NCBI GenBank assembly: GCA_963840855.1
Contig: CAWJBB010000080.1
Location: 1-64,000 of the forward strand
DNA: 64,000 bases
Direction: 5' to 3'
Source: an uncultured delta proteobacterium
GTDB lineage: Bacteria > Desulfobacterota > Binatia > UBA9968
Part shown: one piece after another, positions 1-9,676 of the stretch
Position numbering within the stretch: the stretch's first letter is position 1
How the letters are laid out: each line of letters starts with the position of its first letter
Position numbers and translations under genes: made by a program
The notes under the pieces: generated by a model
Told to the model about the DNA's origin: nothing
The model's input: only the letters and a program-made list of their open reading frames with translations
The model's database searches: none

Positions 1-50
1 ACCAGATCGAGCGCTTCGCGCGCGAAGCGTTGCCCGCTTTGAAATCCTGA
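1..50 (+). CDS. 3' end of an upstream gene (partial), possibly an LLM-class flavin-dependent oxidoreductase
   Basis: Reads QIERFAREALPALKS* ending at TGA 48-50; ERFAREV/ALP tails are typical of LLM-class enzymes. Confidence 0.4.
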   Translation, partial: QIERFAREALPALKS

Positions 51-97
51 AACGTGATCGTGATTCGTGTTCGTCCTCTCTGAGGTTTCCGACCGAC

Positions 98-118
98 AAC
101 GGTTTGAACGACTTGAAC
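98..118. repeat. TTGAAC micro-array, 9-bp period
   Basis: AACGGTTTGAACGACTTGAAC; TTGAAC at 104 and 113. Confidence 0.6.
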
Positions 119-193
119 TAAAAGCCTTGGGCAGGTAAAAAACTGTAGTCCGCAAATCTATTGATCTACCGAGAAATTAGGGAAGGATTTTTC

Positions 194-1198
194 ATGGCCA
201 ACTTACCCAGAGTCGCATTGATCATCACCGGCGGCACCATCGATTCCGTGGGCAAGGACCGGCTTGACCTCGCATGGTACATCGAAGCTGGCAAGCGCCT
301 GAAAGACGGCGAGATCCTCGAGATGCTGCCCGAGTTGAAGCAAATCGCCGAGGTTACGGAAATCCCGTTTCGACGCTTGCCAAGCCACGCGCTGATCGAC
401 AAAGACTGGCTCGACCTGGTGCGCACCATTCACAAGATCTTCGACGAAGACAAAGCCGACGGCATCGTCATCACCCACGGCACCAATACCATCGAAGAGA
501 CCGCCTATTTTTTGAATCTCGTCCTCAAAACCGAGAAACCAGTGGTGGTGGTCGGCTCCATGCGCCCCTCCTCCGCCATCAGCGCCGACGGCTATTTGAA
601 TCTGGTGAACGCGATCAAAGTTGCCGCCGATGCGAATTCGAAAGGACGTGGTTGCCTGCTGGTGATGAACGATACGATTTACAACGGCCGCGATGTAACC
701 AAGAACGCAACCTATCGAGTCGAGGCTTTCCAGTCCCGTGACCTTGGCCCGTTAGGTTTCGCCGATGGCGACGGCAAGATCGTTTTTTACCACCAGCCCG
801 TGCGCAAGCACACGGCGCAAACCGAGTTCGACGTGCGCAATTTAGACTCCCTTCCGCGGGTGGACGTCGTGGTTTCTTACGTCGGGGCTGATGGGACAAT
901 GATTGAGGCCGCGGCGAAGGCGGGCGCGAAGGGCATCGTCAGCGCCGGCACCGGCGCCGGTCGGCCGACACCGGCGGAAGACGCCGCCTTCGACAAATGC
1001 TTCAAAGAAACCGGCATGCTCATGTGCCTTTCGAGCCGCGTCGCATCCGGCCGCGTGGTGCGCAGCCCGGGTCTGACCAAGCGCGGCTTCGTCGCCAGCG
1101 ATAATTTGCAGCCCTGGAAAGCGCGCCTGCTGCTGTCATTGGCGCTGACGAAAACGAACAACGCCGACGAGATTCAGCGCATGTTCGACACTTACTGA
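194..1198 (+). CDS. Asparaginase/glutaminase family protein (cytoplasmic)
   Basis: TGGTI, HGTNT, VGSMRP and VTK motifs; ATG 194 after GGAAGGA RBS. Confidence 0.9.
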   Translation: MANLPRVALIITGGTIDSVGKDRLDLAWYIEAGKRLKDGEILEMLPELKQIAEVTEIPFRRLPSHALIDKDWLDLVRTIHKIFDEDKADGIVITHGTNTIEETAYFLNLVLKTEKPVVVVGSMRPSSAISADGYLNLVNAIKVAADANSKGRGCLLVMNDTIYNGRDVTKNATYRVEAFQSRDLGPLGFADGDGKIVFYHQPVRKHTAQTEFDVRNLDSLPRVDVVVSYVGADGTMIEAAAKAGAKGIVSAGTGAGRPTPAEDAAFDKCFKETGMLMCLSSRVASGRVVRSPGLTKRGFVASDNLQPWKARLLLSLALTKTNNADEIQRMFDTY

Positions 1199-1220
1199 TT
1201 CTCGAGACCAAGTCTCGAAG

Positions 1221-1253
1221 GGTCAAAAAGTTCAAACCGTTCAAGTCGTTCAA
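1221..1253. repeat. GTTCAA micro-array, 9-bp period
   Basis: Cores at 1221 (GGTCAA), 1230, 1239, 1248. Confidence 0.8.
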
Positions 1254-1530
1254 AACGATCTCCGGGAAGAATTTTCACTTGGCGCTAGCAAGTCAGGATG
1301 CACTAATTCTTTCAACACTGATGCGAGTATCCCGCACGCGGGGTTTCCGATAGTCGAGCACGGACGGACTGAACCGGTTTTCAGCCTGTCCGATTCACGT
1401 TGCTACCACATACTGTAAGATTTACTGTAAAGGATTTGTTGACCGCGCTGCTTGCTTCATTATAAATTCGCCGAGGCGTTTTTAATCACAAAGCTCAAAG
1501 CGGGTTCACCTCGTCTTTTTTGCTCATTCC

Positions 1531-3036
1531 ATGCCGAACACCGCTCCCCAACCGAATCACCGGGCCCAATGGAACACGCGCTGGGGATTTTTGTCGGCGG
1601 CCATCGGCTCGGCCATTGGGTTGGGCAGCATCTGGCGCTTTCCTTATGTTGTCTATGAAAATGGCGGAGGCGCCTATCTGCTTCCCTATGTCGTCGCGCT
1701 GATCACCGCCGGCGTTCCGCTCATGATTTTGGAATATGGCATCGGTCATCGCATGCGCGGCTCGGCGCCGCTTTCGTTTGCCAAGATTGATTCGCGTTGG
1801 GAATGGCTCGGCTGGTGGACGGTGCTGTTTGTGATGTTCGGAATCAACGCTTATTACGCGGTCGTGATTGCCTGGTGCGTTTCTTATATCGGCTTTTCTT
1901 TTACCCTGGCGTGGGGCAGCGATCCCGACGCTTTTTTCTTCAAAGAATTTCTCGGCTCGACAGCTGGCCCCGAGCACGTCGGGACGCTGCAAACGTCGAT
2001 CCTCTTTTCTCTAGCCATGGTGTGGTTCATTAACTGGGTGATCACTTTTTTCGGTGTGGAAAAGGGGATCGAGAAGGCCAATAAGGTTTTCATGCCCCTA
2101 CTGTTCATTCTAATTTTGGTTTTGCTCGGTTGGACGCTTACTCTGCCGGACGCCACCGAGGGAATCCTGCGTTATCTCAAGCCTGATTTCGCGCGATTGC
2201 GAGAACCTAAAGTGTGGATCGACGCCTATTCACAGATCTTTTTTACTTTGAGCCTGGGGTTCGGCATCATGATCGCCTACGCTTCTTATTTGCCTGCCGA
2301 GAGCGACATCAATTTCAACGCCTGGATCACCAGTATCGCCGATACGATCATCTCATTCGTTGCGGGCCTGGCGATCTTCGGCGCTCTCGGCTACATGGCG
2401 GCGCAAACGTCGAAACCGTTCGGCGAGGTCGTGACCCACGGAATCGGCCTTGCATTCGTCGCATATCCGCAGGTGATCAGCCTCCTGCCAAACTGGCCGA
2501 ATATTTTTGGCGTGCTCTTTTTCTTGACTCTTACGGTGGCTGGCATTGCCTCTTCGGTCTCCATCGTGGAAGCTTTCAACGCCGCGGTCATGGATAAATT
2601 CAACCTGCGCCGAAAACCGGTGGTAACCACTCTCTCGATCGCGGGGTTTCTTACCGGCATTATCTTCACCACCGGCGGCGGTTTTGCCTGGCTCGATATC
2701 GTCGATCACTTCTTGAGCCACTACGGCTTGTTTGTGGCGTGCATTCTCCAGTGCTATGTAGTCGGTTGGATTTACGGAGCTGCCCAATTGCGCGAGCATG
2801 TTGATCACGTATCGCTCGTCAGAGTCGGCCGCCTGTTTGATATAGCCATTCGATACCTTATTCCGATCGCGCTCGCAGTTTTGCTGGTAAGCGATCTCGC
2901 CGCTGACGTCCGGACTCCATACGGTCGCTACTCATGGATAATGGTGCTGCTAATCGGCCCCGGTTGGCTGGTGGCGACGTTTCTTCTCGCGATTTTCATC
3001 GCTCGTCGCGGCCCGCGCGAAGTCGGCAGGTCATAG
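1531..3036 (+). CDS. Sodium-dependent transporter, NSS/SNF family
   Basis: GSAIGLGSIWRFPY, NGGGAYL, QIFFTLSLGFG; about 12 hydrophobic segments. Confidence 0.93.
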   Translation: MPNTAPQPNHRAQWNTRWGFLSAAIGSAIGLGSIWRFPYVVYENGGGAYLLPYVVALITAGVPLMILEYGIGHRMRGSAPLSFAKIDSRWEWLGWWTVLFVMFGINAYYAVVIAWCVSYIGFSFTLAWGSDPDAFFFKEFLGSTAGPEHVGTLQTSILFSLAMVWFINWVITFFGVEKGIEKANKVFMPLLFILILVLLGWTLTLPDATEGILRYLKPDFARLREPKVWIDAYSQIFFTLSLGFGIMIAYASYLPAESDINFNAWITSIADTIISFVAGLAIFGALGYMAAQTSKPFGEVVTHGIGLAFVAYPQVISLLPNWPNIFGVLFFLTLTVAGIASSVSIVEAFNAAVMDKFNLRRKPVVTTLSIAGFLTGIIFTTGGGFAWLDIVDHFLSHYGLFVACILQCYVVGWIYGAAQLREHVDHVSLVRVGRLFDIAIRYLIPIALAVLLVSDLAADVRTPYGRYSWIMVLLIGPGWLVATFLLAIFIARRGPREVGRS

Positions 3037-3218
3037 AAACGGAGACGCGAACGGCCGGCTTTTTCCCGACCGAATTCGTCGCTCAATTGGGAAAGTGATC
3101 GTGCTTCAGTTCCGAATTCCCGGGCACATGTTTCATTTCATTATTCCGGCAAGCATCGAGCCCAGCCGCACTGGATTCAGATCTATGGAGCGGCGCAATA
3201 GGAGCTACGACACGTTGC

Positions 3219-4832
3219 CTATTCCGCACCCTCCTCCGGAATCTGAAATAGCACGCTCAGAGCAATACTGCCATGCTGCGCCGGATCCTGCGGGTTTGTT
3301 GTGCCTGGAACACCAGGATTCAGGGTCGATGCAGTGTCGTCCGGTGGGAAGATGATCAGTGCCGACAAATAGTCGACTATAGTTTTCTGCGACTCCTCGT
3401 CCAGGCGCGCAAATCTATTGCGTGCTTGAAGCGCCTCGCCACCGTGACGCAGGATAACTTCTTTCAGATTGATGCTGCGGCCATCGTGCCCGTAAGGTGC
3501 TGTGCTGCCAACCCCCCACAACGGAGTTGTCATGAACTTGGTTTGCAACGTGCCGTCGTAGTTGCGCTCGTGAAACGCCGGTCCAAGATCGTGGCGCTTA
3601 AAGTCAGTGAAAATGTTACGCACGACAAACGGTTGCTCCTGGGGTAGCAAAAGCGGAAACGGCCGGCCGTCGTTCACGGCGGTAAATAGCGGTGTCGCGG
3701 TGGCGAACAAGCGGTTGAAGATACCCCTCTGCGGATCGAACTCCGTCTCCACATCAGCGACGCGCCGGTCTCTTTTAATCCTAAGATTCTGAATATGACA
3801 GATCGTGCAGCCCGTTTTCTCCAGTAGTGTCACTCCCCGCTTCTCCGTATTCTTGCTCAACTCACCGGTTCCTGGCTTGAAGTAGTTCAACAGATAAAAT
3901 TCCATGTAATCGATCAGTGCGGCATCGATCTCATTGGCGACGCCGTCGCCGTCGTTGTCTTCCGTTTTGGAACATGTCGGCGGCCGTTTGATTTTGTTGA
4001 GCGCGGGATCGAAGACGAATCCTGCGACGCTCACTGTTTTGACGGGATAAACCGGATCACTGGCGGCGCAGAGAATCGGGTCGACCGCTTCCAAACCCAT
4101 CTCGTCCTTAAAGGCTCCCACGGCAAAGGCACGAATGGCGAACTCGCCGCCGTGAGCGAAAAACGGCCGCACGCGGAGATCGGGATCGACGCCATCGACG
4201 CGCGATGTATCGACTGTTCCGTTGGGTAGCGCTTTGATGAAGCCGTAGTTGATACCCTTGCTCCTCAATTGCAGTGTAACCGGGACGTTCCTATTTGCGG
4301 CTTGCTGAATTGCCCTAGCACGGATGGCACGTAGACGTTCCGTGATCTCGTCGGCCAGCATTTCTTTCAATCCGAGTCCGAAAAGATGCGGTGAATCGCG
4401 GCTGTCGGGGCGAGTTGCCACATCGCCCCCGAATCCCGCGGCGCCTCGTGGCCGGCCATGACACCCAGCGCAGCTATCGACAAGACCGGCGCCCAAAGCC
4501 GGATTGTCTTGTATGTTTCCCGTCGAATCGTCGTTGACCCGCGGACCCGCGCTTTGATTGAAAGTGAACTTGCGCTGAAATACCTGACGACCGCGCCGAA
4601 TTGCGCGTGCAGGATCGCGCGCGATGATATAGGACGACGATCCTGGAGTGAAAATGTCACCCTGGCTGTTGCCGATCTGCTGATCGAGCGACTTCGCGAT
4701 GGCGCCCCCAGGCACATTCGGAGTCGTTTGCGTAATGTCCGTGAGCTGTGCCTCCGCGATGCTGGTAACCAACATCAGGGCGCTTGCGAGGGAGATCCAT
4801 GAAACGAGGGCGCTCTTCAAACGCTGATTCAT
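3219..4832 (-). CDS. Secreted di-heme cytochrome c oxidoreductase (DHOR / thiol oxidoreductase-like)
   Basis: Two CxxCH motifs (CAGCH, CTICH), TTPLWGVG and YGHDGRS..L.EVILRHGGEA; signal peptide from MNQRLKS. Confidence 0.85.
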   Translation of the reverse strand: MNQRLKSALVSWISLASALMLVTSIAEAQLTDITQTTPNVPGGAIAKSLDQQIGNSQGDIFTPGSSSYIIARDPARAIRRGRQVFQRKFTFNQSAGPRVNDDSTGNIQDNPALGAGLVDSCAGCHGRPRGAAGFGGDVATRPDSRDSPHLFGLGLKEMLADEITERLRAIRARAIQQAANRNVPVTLQLRSKGINYGFIKALPNGTVDTSRVDGVDPDLRVRPFFAHGGEFAIRAFAVGAFKDEMGLEAVDPILCAASDPVYPVKTVSVAGFVFDPALNKIKRPPTCSKTEDNDGDGVANEIDAALIDYMEFYLLNYFKPGTGELSKNTEKRGVTLLEKTGCTICHIQNLRIKRDRRVADVETEFDPQRGIFNRLFATATPLFTAVNDGRPFPLLLPQEQPFVVRNIFTDFKRHDLGPAFHERNYDGTLQTKFMTTPLWGVGSTAPYGHDGRSINLKEVILRHGGEALQARNRFARLDEESQKTIVDYLSALIIFPPDDTASTLNPGVPGTTNPQDPAQHGSIALSVLFQIPEEGAE

Positions 4833-4910
4833 ATGAACCTTCTGAAAGTTTTCGTTGATGCCGCGGGGGCACATACACTGTTTCTATCCGTTCGTAGTTG
4901 AACTACAGGT

Positions 4911-4925
4911 GCAACCGGTATGCCA
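4911..4925 (-). promoter_or_regulatory. sigma54 (-24/-12) promoter
   Basis: Minus strand TGGCATACCGGTTGC, GG-N10-GC, about 80 bp upstream of the di-heme gene. Confidence 0.65.
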
Positions 4926-5164
4926 GTTCAAGAGAAACGAAGCACGTATGAGTAAGGTCTTGTGGTGGCAGGAAAATCACCCAGAGAACTTGGAGAGGAA
5001 AGAAAGGACGGTGTATCCTTTACGGCACGGTATGGCCTCCAAATTGATACTGTCGAAATCGAAATGATAACGCTTTCTTCATCCTTGCGCCTTTATCCTC
5101 TAAGCGGCAGCCGTACCCGTTTATCCCTCGCTCGTCCGCATGATCCTCCTTCCGACTCTCGGTC

Positions 5165-5227
5165 TTCAAACGTTTAGAACGATTTGAACGGAGCGCAGCG
5201 ATTGAACGACTTAAACGATTTGAACGG
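5165..5227. repeat. TTGAAC micro-array, 9-bp period with one 18-bp unit
   Basis: Cores at 5175, 5184, 5202, 5211, 5220. Confidence 0.85.
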
Positions 5228-5253
5228 GACGTCAATCACGAAGAGTAGGGAGG

Positions 5254-6594
5254 TCAACTACCCCTGTCGCTACTCCGCCGCTGTCCAATACGCTTGGCCA
5301 ACTCGGCCGGCGAGGCCATGGCCATGGACAGCGGCACCATGAAGGCGCTGATCACGATGAGTCCCCAGACGGCGACTGAGTAGTTCCCGTTCACGTCGAA
5401 GATGATGCCCATGACGAAGGGGCCGATGACCCCCGCCGCAACGGGCCCCCCTTGCAGCAGGCCCAAGATTCCCCCGATGGTGCGGGTGCCGAACATAATG
5501 CTGCCCACGGCGCCACGCATGGGAACAAGGCAGCCAAAGCTGACGCCGAACATCAGCGCGAAGGGCAATGTTGCCGAGACGGTATTGACGTCCACCACCT
5601 GGAGATACAATAGAGCAAAGCCCATCAGCGCGGCGACAGCTGCCAGGACGAGGCGATAATCCATATTGTCCAGCAGATAGCCGCCGCCGACCCGCCCAAT
5701 GCCGCTGATGATGAAGACCATGGACATGACTACGGCCGCCCAAGCCGCGGTAAGTCCGATGTCTTGCTGGAAGTAGGGAATCATGTGGACTTGGACCGCG
5801 GAGTTTACGGCGAAGGTACCCGACAAGTAGCTCGTGAACAGCCAGAATTCCCTGGTGCGTAGCACCGCATGGAGCGTGAGCCCGGTGTCCGGCCGGCGCG
5901 GCGATAAGCCGGTGGGGCGTTCCGTGGCGGCGCCCTCCTCCGGCGGGTCGCCGTCAGGGCGCAGGCCGTAGGGTTCCGGCCGGTCGCGCACCAGCATGCT
6001 GAGCAAGGTGACGCCGACCAAGATTAAGATGCCGTAGCCGATAAGGAGGACGCGCCAGCCGTGCGCCTCTACGATCTGTGTGTTAAGTATGACGAGGGGC
6101 GAACCGAAGATGGGACCCGTTACCGCAAGCCCCGTGGCCAGGCCGCGGTTGCGACGAAACCACCGCGAGATGATCACGGGCCAGGTAACCGCGTGGCTGA
6201 CGCCGGATGCTCCCAGGGAAATGACCACGAAGAAGAGAAAGAACGCTACGATGCCGTTGGTGAAGCCGAGGCCGATGAAGCCGGCGCCGGAGATGACGGC
6301 GCTCCAGAAAATCAACTTACGCGCGCTGAAGCGGTCCAGCAGGAATCCGACAGCGGGACTGACAATGCCGGACTCTAACTGGCGCAGCGACATGGCCGCT
6401 GAAATGACCCAACGGTCCCAGCCAAAGGTGCGTTCTATCGGGAGGATGAGAACGCCGAAGCCCTGGAAATAGGCGGCGGAGAAGATGGTGTTGGCCGCTA
6501 TGCTCGCGGCGACCATATACCAGCCGAAAAAAATCCGTCGCCGCTTTTTCCCTGATTTCTCAGTGGCGTGGGTATCGGTCAAGCCGGGCTCCAT
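5254..6594 (-). CDS. MFS transporter (OFA/MCT-like)
   Basis: 12 TM pattern, FFGWYMVAA, GFLLDRFSAR, RWFRRNRGLA. Confidence 0.9.
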   Translation of the reverse strand: MEPGLTDTHATEKSGKKRRRIFFGWYMVAASIAANTIFSAAYFQGFGVLILPIERTFGWDRWVISAAMSLRQLESGIVSPAVGFLLDRFSARKLIFWSAVISGAGFIGLGFTNGIVAFFLFFVVISLGASGVSHAVTWPVIISRWFRRNRGLATGLAVTGPIFGSPLVILNTQIVEAHGWRVLLIGYGILILVGVTLLSMLVRDRPEPYGLRPDGDPPEEGAATERPTGLSPRRPDTGLTLHAVLRTREFWLFTSYLSGTFAVNSAVQVHMIPYFQQDIGLTAAWAAVVMSMVFIISGIGRVGGGYLLDNMDYRLVLAAVAALMGFALLYLQVVDVNTVSATLPFALMFGVSFGCLVPMRGAVGSIMFGTRTIGGILGLLQGGPVAAGVIGPFVMGIIFDVNGNYSVAVWGLIVISAFMVPLSMAMASPAELAKRIGQRRSSDRGS

Positions 6595-6890
6595 ATGCGG
6601 GTATGGCGGGCCGTCCTACTCGTCGTCATCGCGGCTCCGTCGATACAGGGAAAGGGGCTTGCGGCACGGGTGGGGTCAAACCGCGCTCTGTCTGGGTAAT
6701 GCGGTATTTTTCTCCAAGAAGATATTGGTGTTTTGCGATTTTAGCAACTCACAAGATTACCCGCGTAAGCTTCACTTCGATCTCGAGTGTATACGTCCCG
6801 GCAACCTTGACGCGCGGCCCCTGATTAAAATAAGTTGGGCCAAGCGAAGCTGTAGACATCCAACCCACTGTTGCTCATAGGAGAAGTGAC

Positions 6891-7976
6891 ATGCGAGGCA
6901 GGACATCCTTGCTGGTTGCGCTGGCCTGTTTATTTCTGTTCTCGACGACAGAATCTTCCTTGGCGATCCCGGCGGAACAAATCTTGGCCGAAATAAACAA
7001 ACTGCCGTCGGCAGAAAGACAAAAAACACTCGAGGAGGGAGCTCGAAAGGAAGGGGTAGTAAAATTCGCGTCAAACGAGAGCATGGAGGGCATCAAAATT
7101 CTTCACGGCGCTTTTGTGGCTAGATACCCGTTCATCAAAGTGGAATCATGGCGAGCGCCGGGGCTGCGCGGTGTGACAAGGATTGTGCTAGAGCATCGGA
7201 CCGGAAAACTCGATACCGATGTGATCGGAATTCCGTTCGAGGGCGTCCTGCAGACCGAAAAAGAAGGAGTTTGGGCGCGTTACCTGTCGCCGGAGCGGAA
7301 CCATTACGGCGAAGGCGTCAAGGACAAAGCGGGCTACTGGACTTCTTCTCACTTGAGCATTCTTGCGATGGGATACAACAGCAAAATGGTGAAGCCTGAG
7401 GAGGCGCCTCGTGGTTATCCGGACCTGCTTCATCCGAGATTCAAAGGGGAACTTTCGATAGACACCGATCCACACCGCGCCGTTATGGCGTGGCTTATCG
7501 CGTGGGGAGAGGTGAAGACGCGGGAATATATCAGAGCCCTGCTCCGCAACGGGATGATGCCGCGCAAAGGCCACACCCTTCAAACACAGCTTCTCTGCGC
7601 CGGCGAATTCAAGGTGGGCATCGAGCTCCATGCCTATCAAGTGATGCAGGCCAAGCGAGAAAAAAGTTGCCCCATCGATATGGTGTTCGCTGATCCGGCG
7701 CCGGGTTCTACCGGAAGCCACATCGGTATCGCGAAGCCGGCGCCTCATCCTCACGCCGCTGCGCTGTTCGTTGATTTCGTGTTGAGTGATGCGGGTGCAA
7801 AGATTGTTGCCGATTCGGGTAGAATTCCCACCCGCAAGGGAGCCCGCGCGCGCTATCAGGAACTCTCCAATCTGCAGGAGAAAGGGGTGAAGGTCGTGAT
7901 TACGTTGCCGGATGACGCCCATCGCCTGGAACCGACCGCAGAAAATCTAATCAAAGAGATCATGAAGAGCCAATAA
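6891..7976 (+). CDS. ABC extracellular solute-binding protein (Fe3+/thiamine/polyamine-like class)
   Basis: Signal peptide, ARKEG.V, YNSKMV, APHPHAAALFVDFVLS. Confidence 0.85.
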   Translation: MRGRTSLLVALACLFLFSTTESSLAIPAEQILAEINKLPSAERQKTLEEGARKEGVVKFASNESMEGIKILHGAFVARYPFIKVESWRAPGLRGVTRIVLEHRTGKLDTDVIGIPFEGVLQTEKEGVWARYLSPERNHYGEGVKDKAGYWTSSHLSILAMGYNSKMVKPEEAPRGYPDLLHPRFKGELSIDTDPHRAVMAWLIAWGEVKTREYIRALLRNGMMPRKGHTLQTQLLCAGEFKVGIELHAYQVMQAKREKSCPIDMVFADPAPGSTGSHIGIAKPAPHPHAAALFVDFVLSDAGAKIVADSGRIPTRKGARARYQELSNLQEKGVKVVITLPDDAHRLEPTAENLIKEIMKSQ

Positions 7977-7996
7977 TTGAACAAAGGAGAACGCTC

Positions 7997-9088
7997 ATGA
8001 TTATAGACCTGGACTCACATCTGCGCGAGCAGTATTTTCTCGACGAAATTTACCAGCTCGATGGCCCATACGCTCAATTCACGCCCACCCGAGTTGGCAG
8101 CGGGAAATACCAGCAGTCCAACTTCAACCACAGCATCGATCCCAGGCCAAGAAAGGCGATGGCAGTTTTCGATCACCGCTACATGAGCGATCCCGAGAAA
8201 AATTGGCGCGGCGGCGAATATTCGGAACGGCAAAGAGGCGGTTGGGATCTGGAAAGACGTCTCAAAGACAAGACCCTGGAGAAGATCGACAGACAAATCC
8301 TTTTTCCAACCAATATTACGATTCCCACGAGCAACTTCGGCGGCCTCGGCGTTGCGTTGTGTCGGGCGTACAACAATTGGGTGGCAAACTTTACACGAGA
8401 TTATAGGGATCATTTCTGGCCCGCCGCCATGGCGCCCGCAGGTTGTCCCGACGAAATGGCCAACGAGCTCCGGCGCTGCGTCAAGGAGCTGGGCTGCAAA
8501 GCCGCTCATCTCGTCTCTTACTTGGGCGCGCGCACTCTGGACGACCCGGTTTTCTATCCCTACTACGAGGCCGCCCAGGAATTGAACGTGCCCCTTTTCT
8601 GCCATCCCAATACCTATGGCGACTTAACTGAAAAGTTCAATAGTTTCTTCGCGATGCATATCCTGGGGCGGCCTTTGAATTGCACGGCGGCTCTGGTCGG
8701 TCTAGTCTGCGGGGGAATTTTTGAAAAGTTCCCCAAGCTAAGAGTTGCCTTCTTCGAGTGCAGCGCGGAGTGGGTCGTTTACTGGATGCACCGCATGGAT
8801 GACGATTACGAATGGGTCAGAGACGGCGAAGCGAGCCACCTCAAGATGCCGCCGTCGGAATACATCAGGCGAAACTGTTACGTGACCTGCGAAGTCGATG
8901 AAAAATTACTGCCGATGGCGATTTCGGAGCTAGGCGAAGAAAGGATTTGTCTTGCCAGTGACTACCCGCACCATGACTCGGAATTTCCCCACACCATCGC
9001 GCGAGTAAGAGAGAGAACGGACATCTCAAATCGGCAAAAGGAGCTTATTTTGGGAGGAAATGCCGCTCGGTTGCTTGGTCTGGAGTAA
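7997..9088 (+). CDS. Amidohydrolase_2 family protein
   Basis: IDLDSH, RAYNNW, FCHP, FFEC, ASDYPH, ILGGNAARL. Confidence 0.9.
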   Translation: MIIDLDSHLREQYFLDEIYQLDGPYAQFTPTRVGSGKYQQSNFNHSIDPRPRKAMAVFDHRYMSDPEKNWRGGEYSERQRGGWDLERRLKDKTLEKIDRQILFPTNITIPTSNFGGLGVALCRAYNNWVANFTRDYRDHFWPAAMAPAGCPDEMANELRRCVKELGCKAAHLVSYLGARTLDDPVFYPYYEAAQELNVPLFCHPNTYGDLTEKFNSFFAMHILGRPLNCTAALVGLVCGGIFEKFPKLRVAFFECSAEWVVYWMHRMDDDYEWVRDGEASHLKMPPSEYIRRNCYVTCEVDEKLLPMAISELGEERICLASDYPHHDSEFPHTIARVRERTDISNRQKELILGGNAARLLGLE

Positions 9089-9676
9089 CTTGGGTTGATT
9101 TGTGACTCATCCATCGTGATGCATCACCGGTAGACTTGCTTTCGGCAAGCCGGACGAAGTTCTCTAAATATGCCTGCTCATCGCGGCGCACGCGTTGAGC
9201 CTCGGCGTTCGGCTCGCGACAAACAATGAAAGAGAATTTAAACGAGTACGCGGCCTGCGCGTCGAAAACTGGATTTAGTGGCCTTCTGACCGCCAGCCCC
9301 TGCTTCAGAAAGCACCGCCGGCTCCGTCCCAAGCGTTCGTGCGGCTCTCTATAGGAGCGCAGCCGGCCCGGATGCCTGTAGCGCCCCGGTGTTCAATCGC
9401 ACAAGATTTCCACGTTACGTGTCCTGCTTGAAAAATCTTCTTGACATGTTCTCTGTTCTCATTCTAAAGGATACCTACAGCGGATGAGGGTTTTTGCGTT
9501 TATTCGTTTACGGGAGAGAACTGATTCGGCTCACAATTTGGCAACGCTCGCTCTTGAGACGCTTTGTTGAAATCCGCTCATTGCAATTTAGAAAATGATT
9601 GTTTGCAGCTAAGGAATTTGAACCCTCCGCGCATGTCTTTTGAAGAATGGGCATACTGAAGGGAGCACGTGCGACG

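Noticed and set aside
5165-5227. Periodic arrays as CRISPR
   Set aside because: Period is 7-9 bp with no unique spacers and no cas genes
5020-5235. Short ORFs or N-terminal extensions made of repeats (RSNRLSRS, LNDLNGLN, MNLEPLN)
   Set aside because: By-products of translating the repeat arrays; no RBS or domain support
9045-9332. Small ORFs in long gaps (also 11973-12260, 25940-26182, 59911-60174)
   Set aside because: No recognisable motifs or convincing RBS; possibly remnants but unsupported
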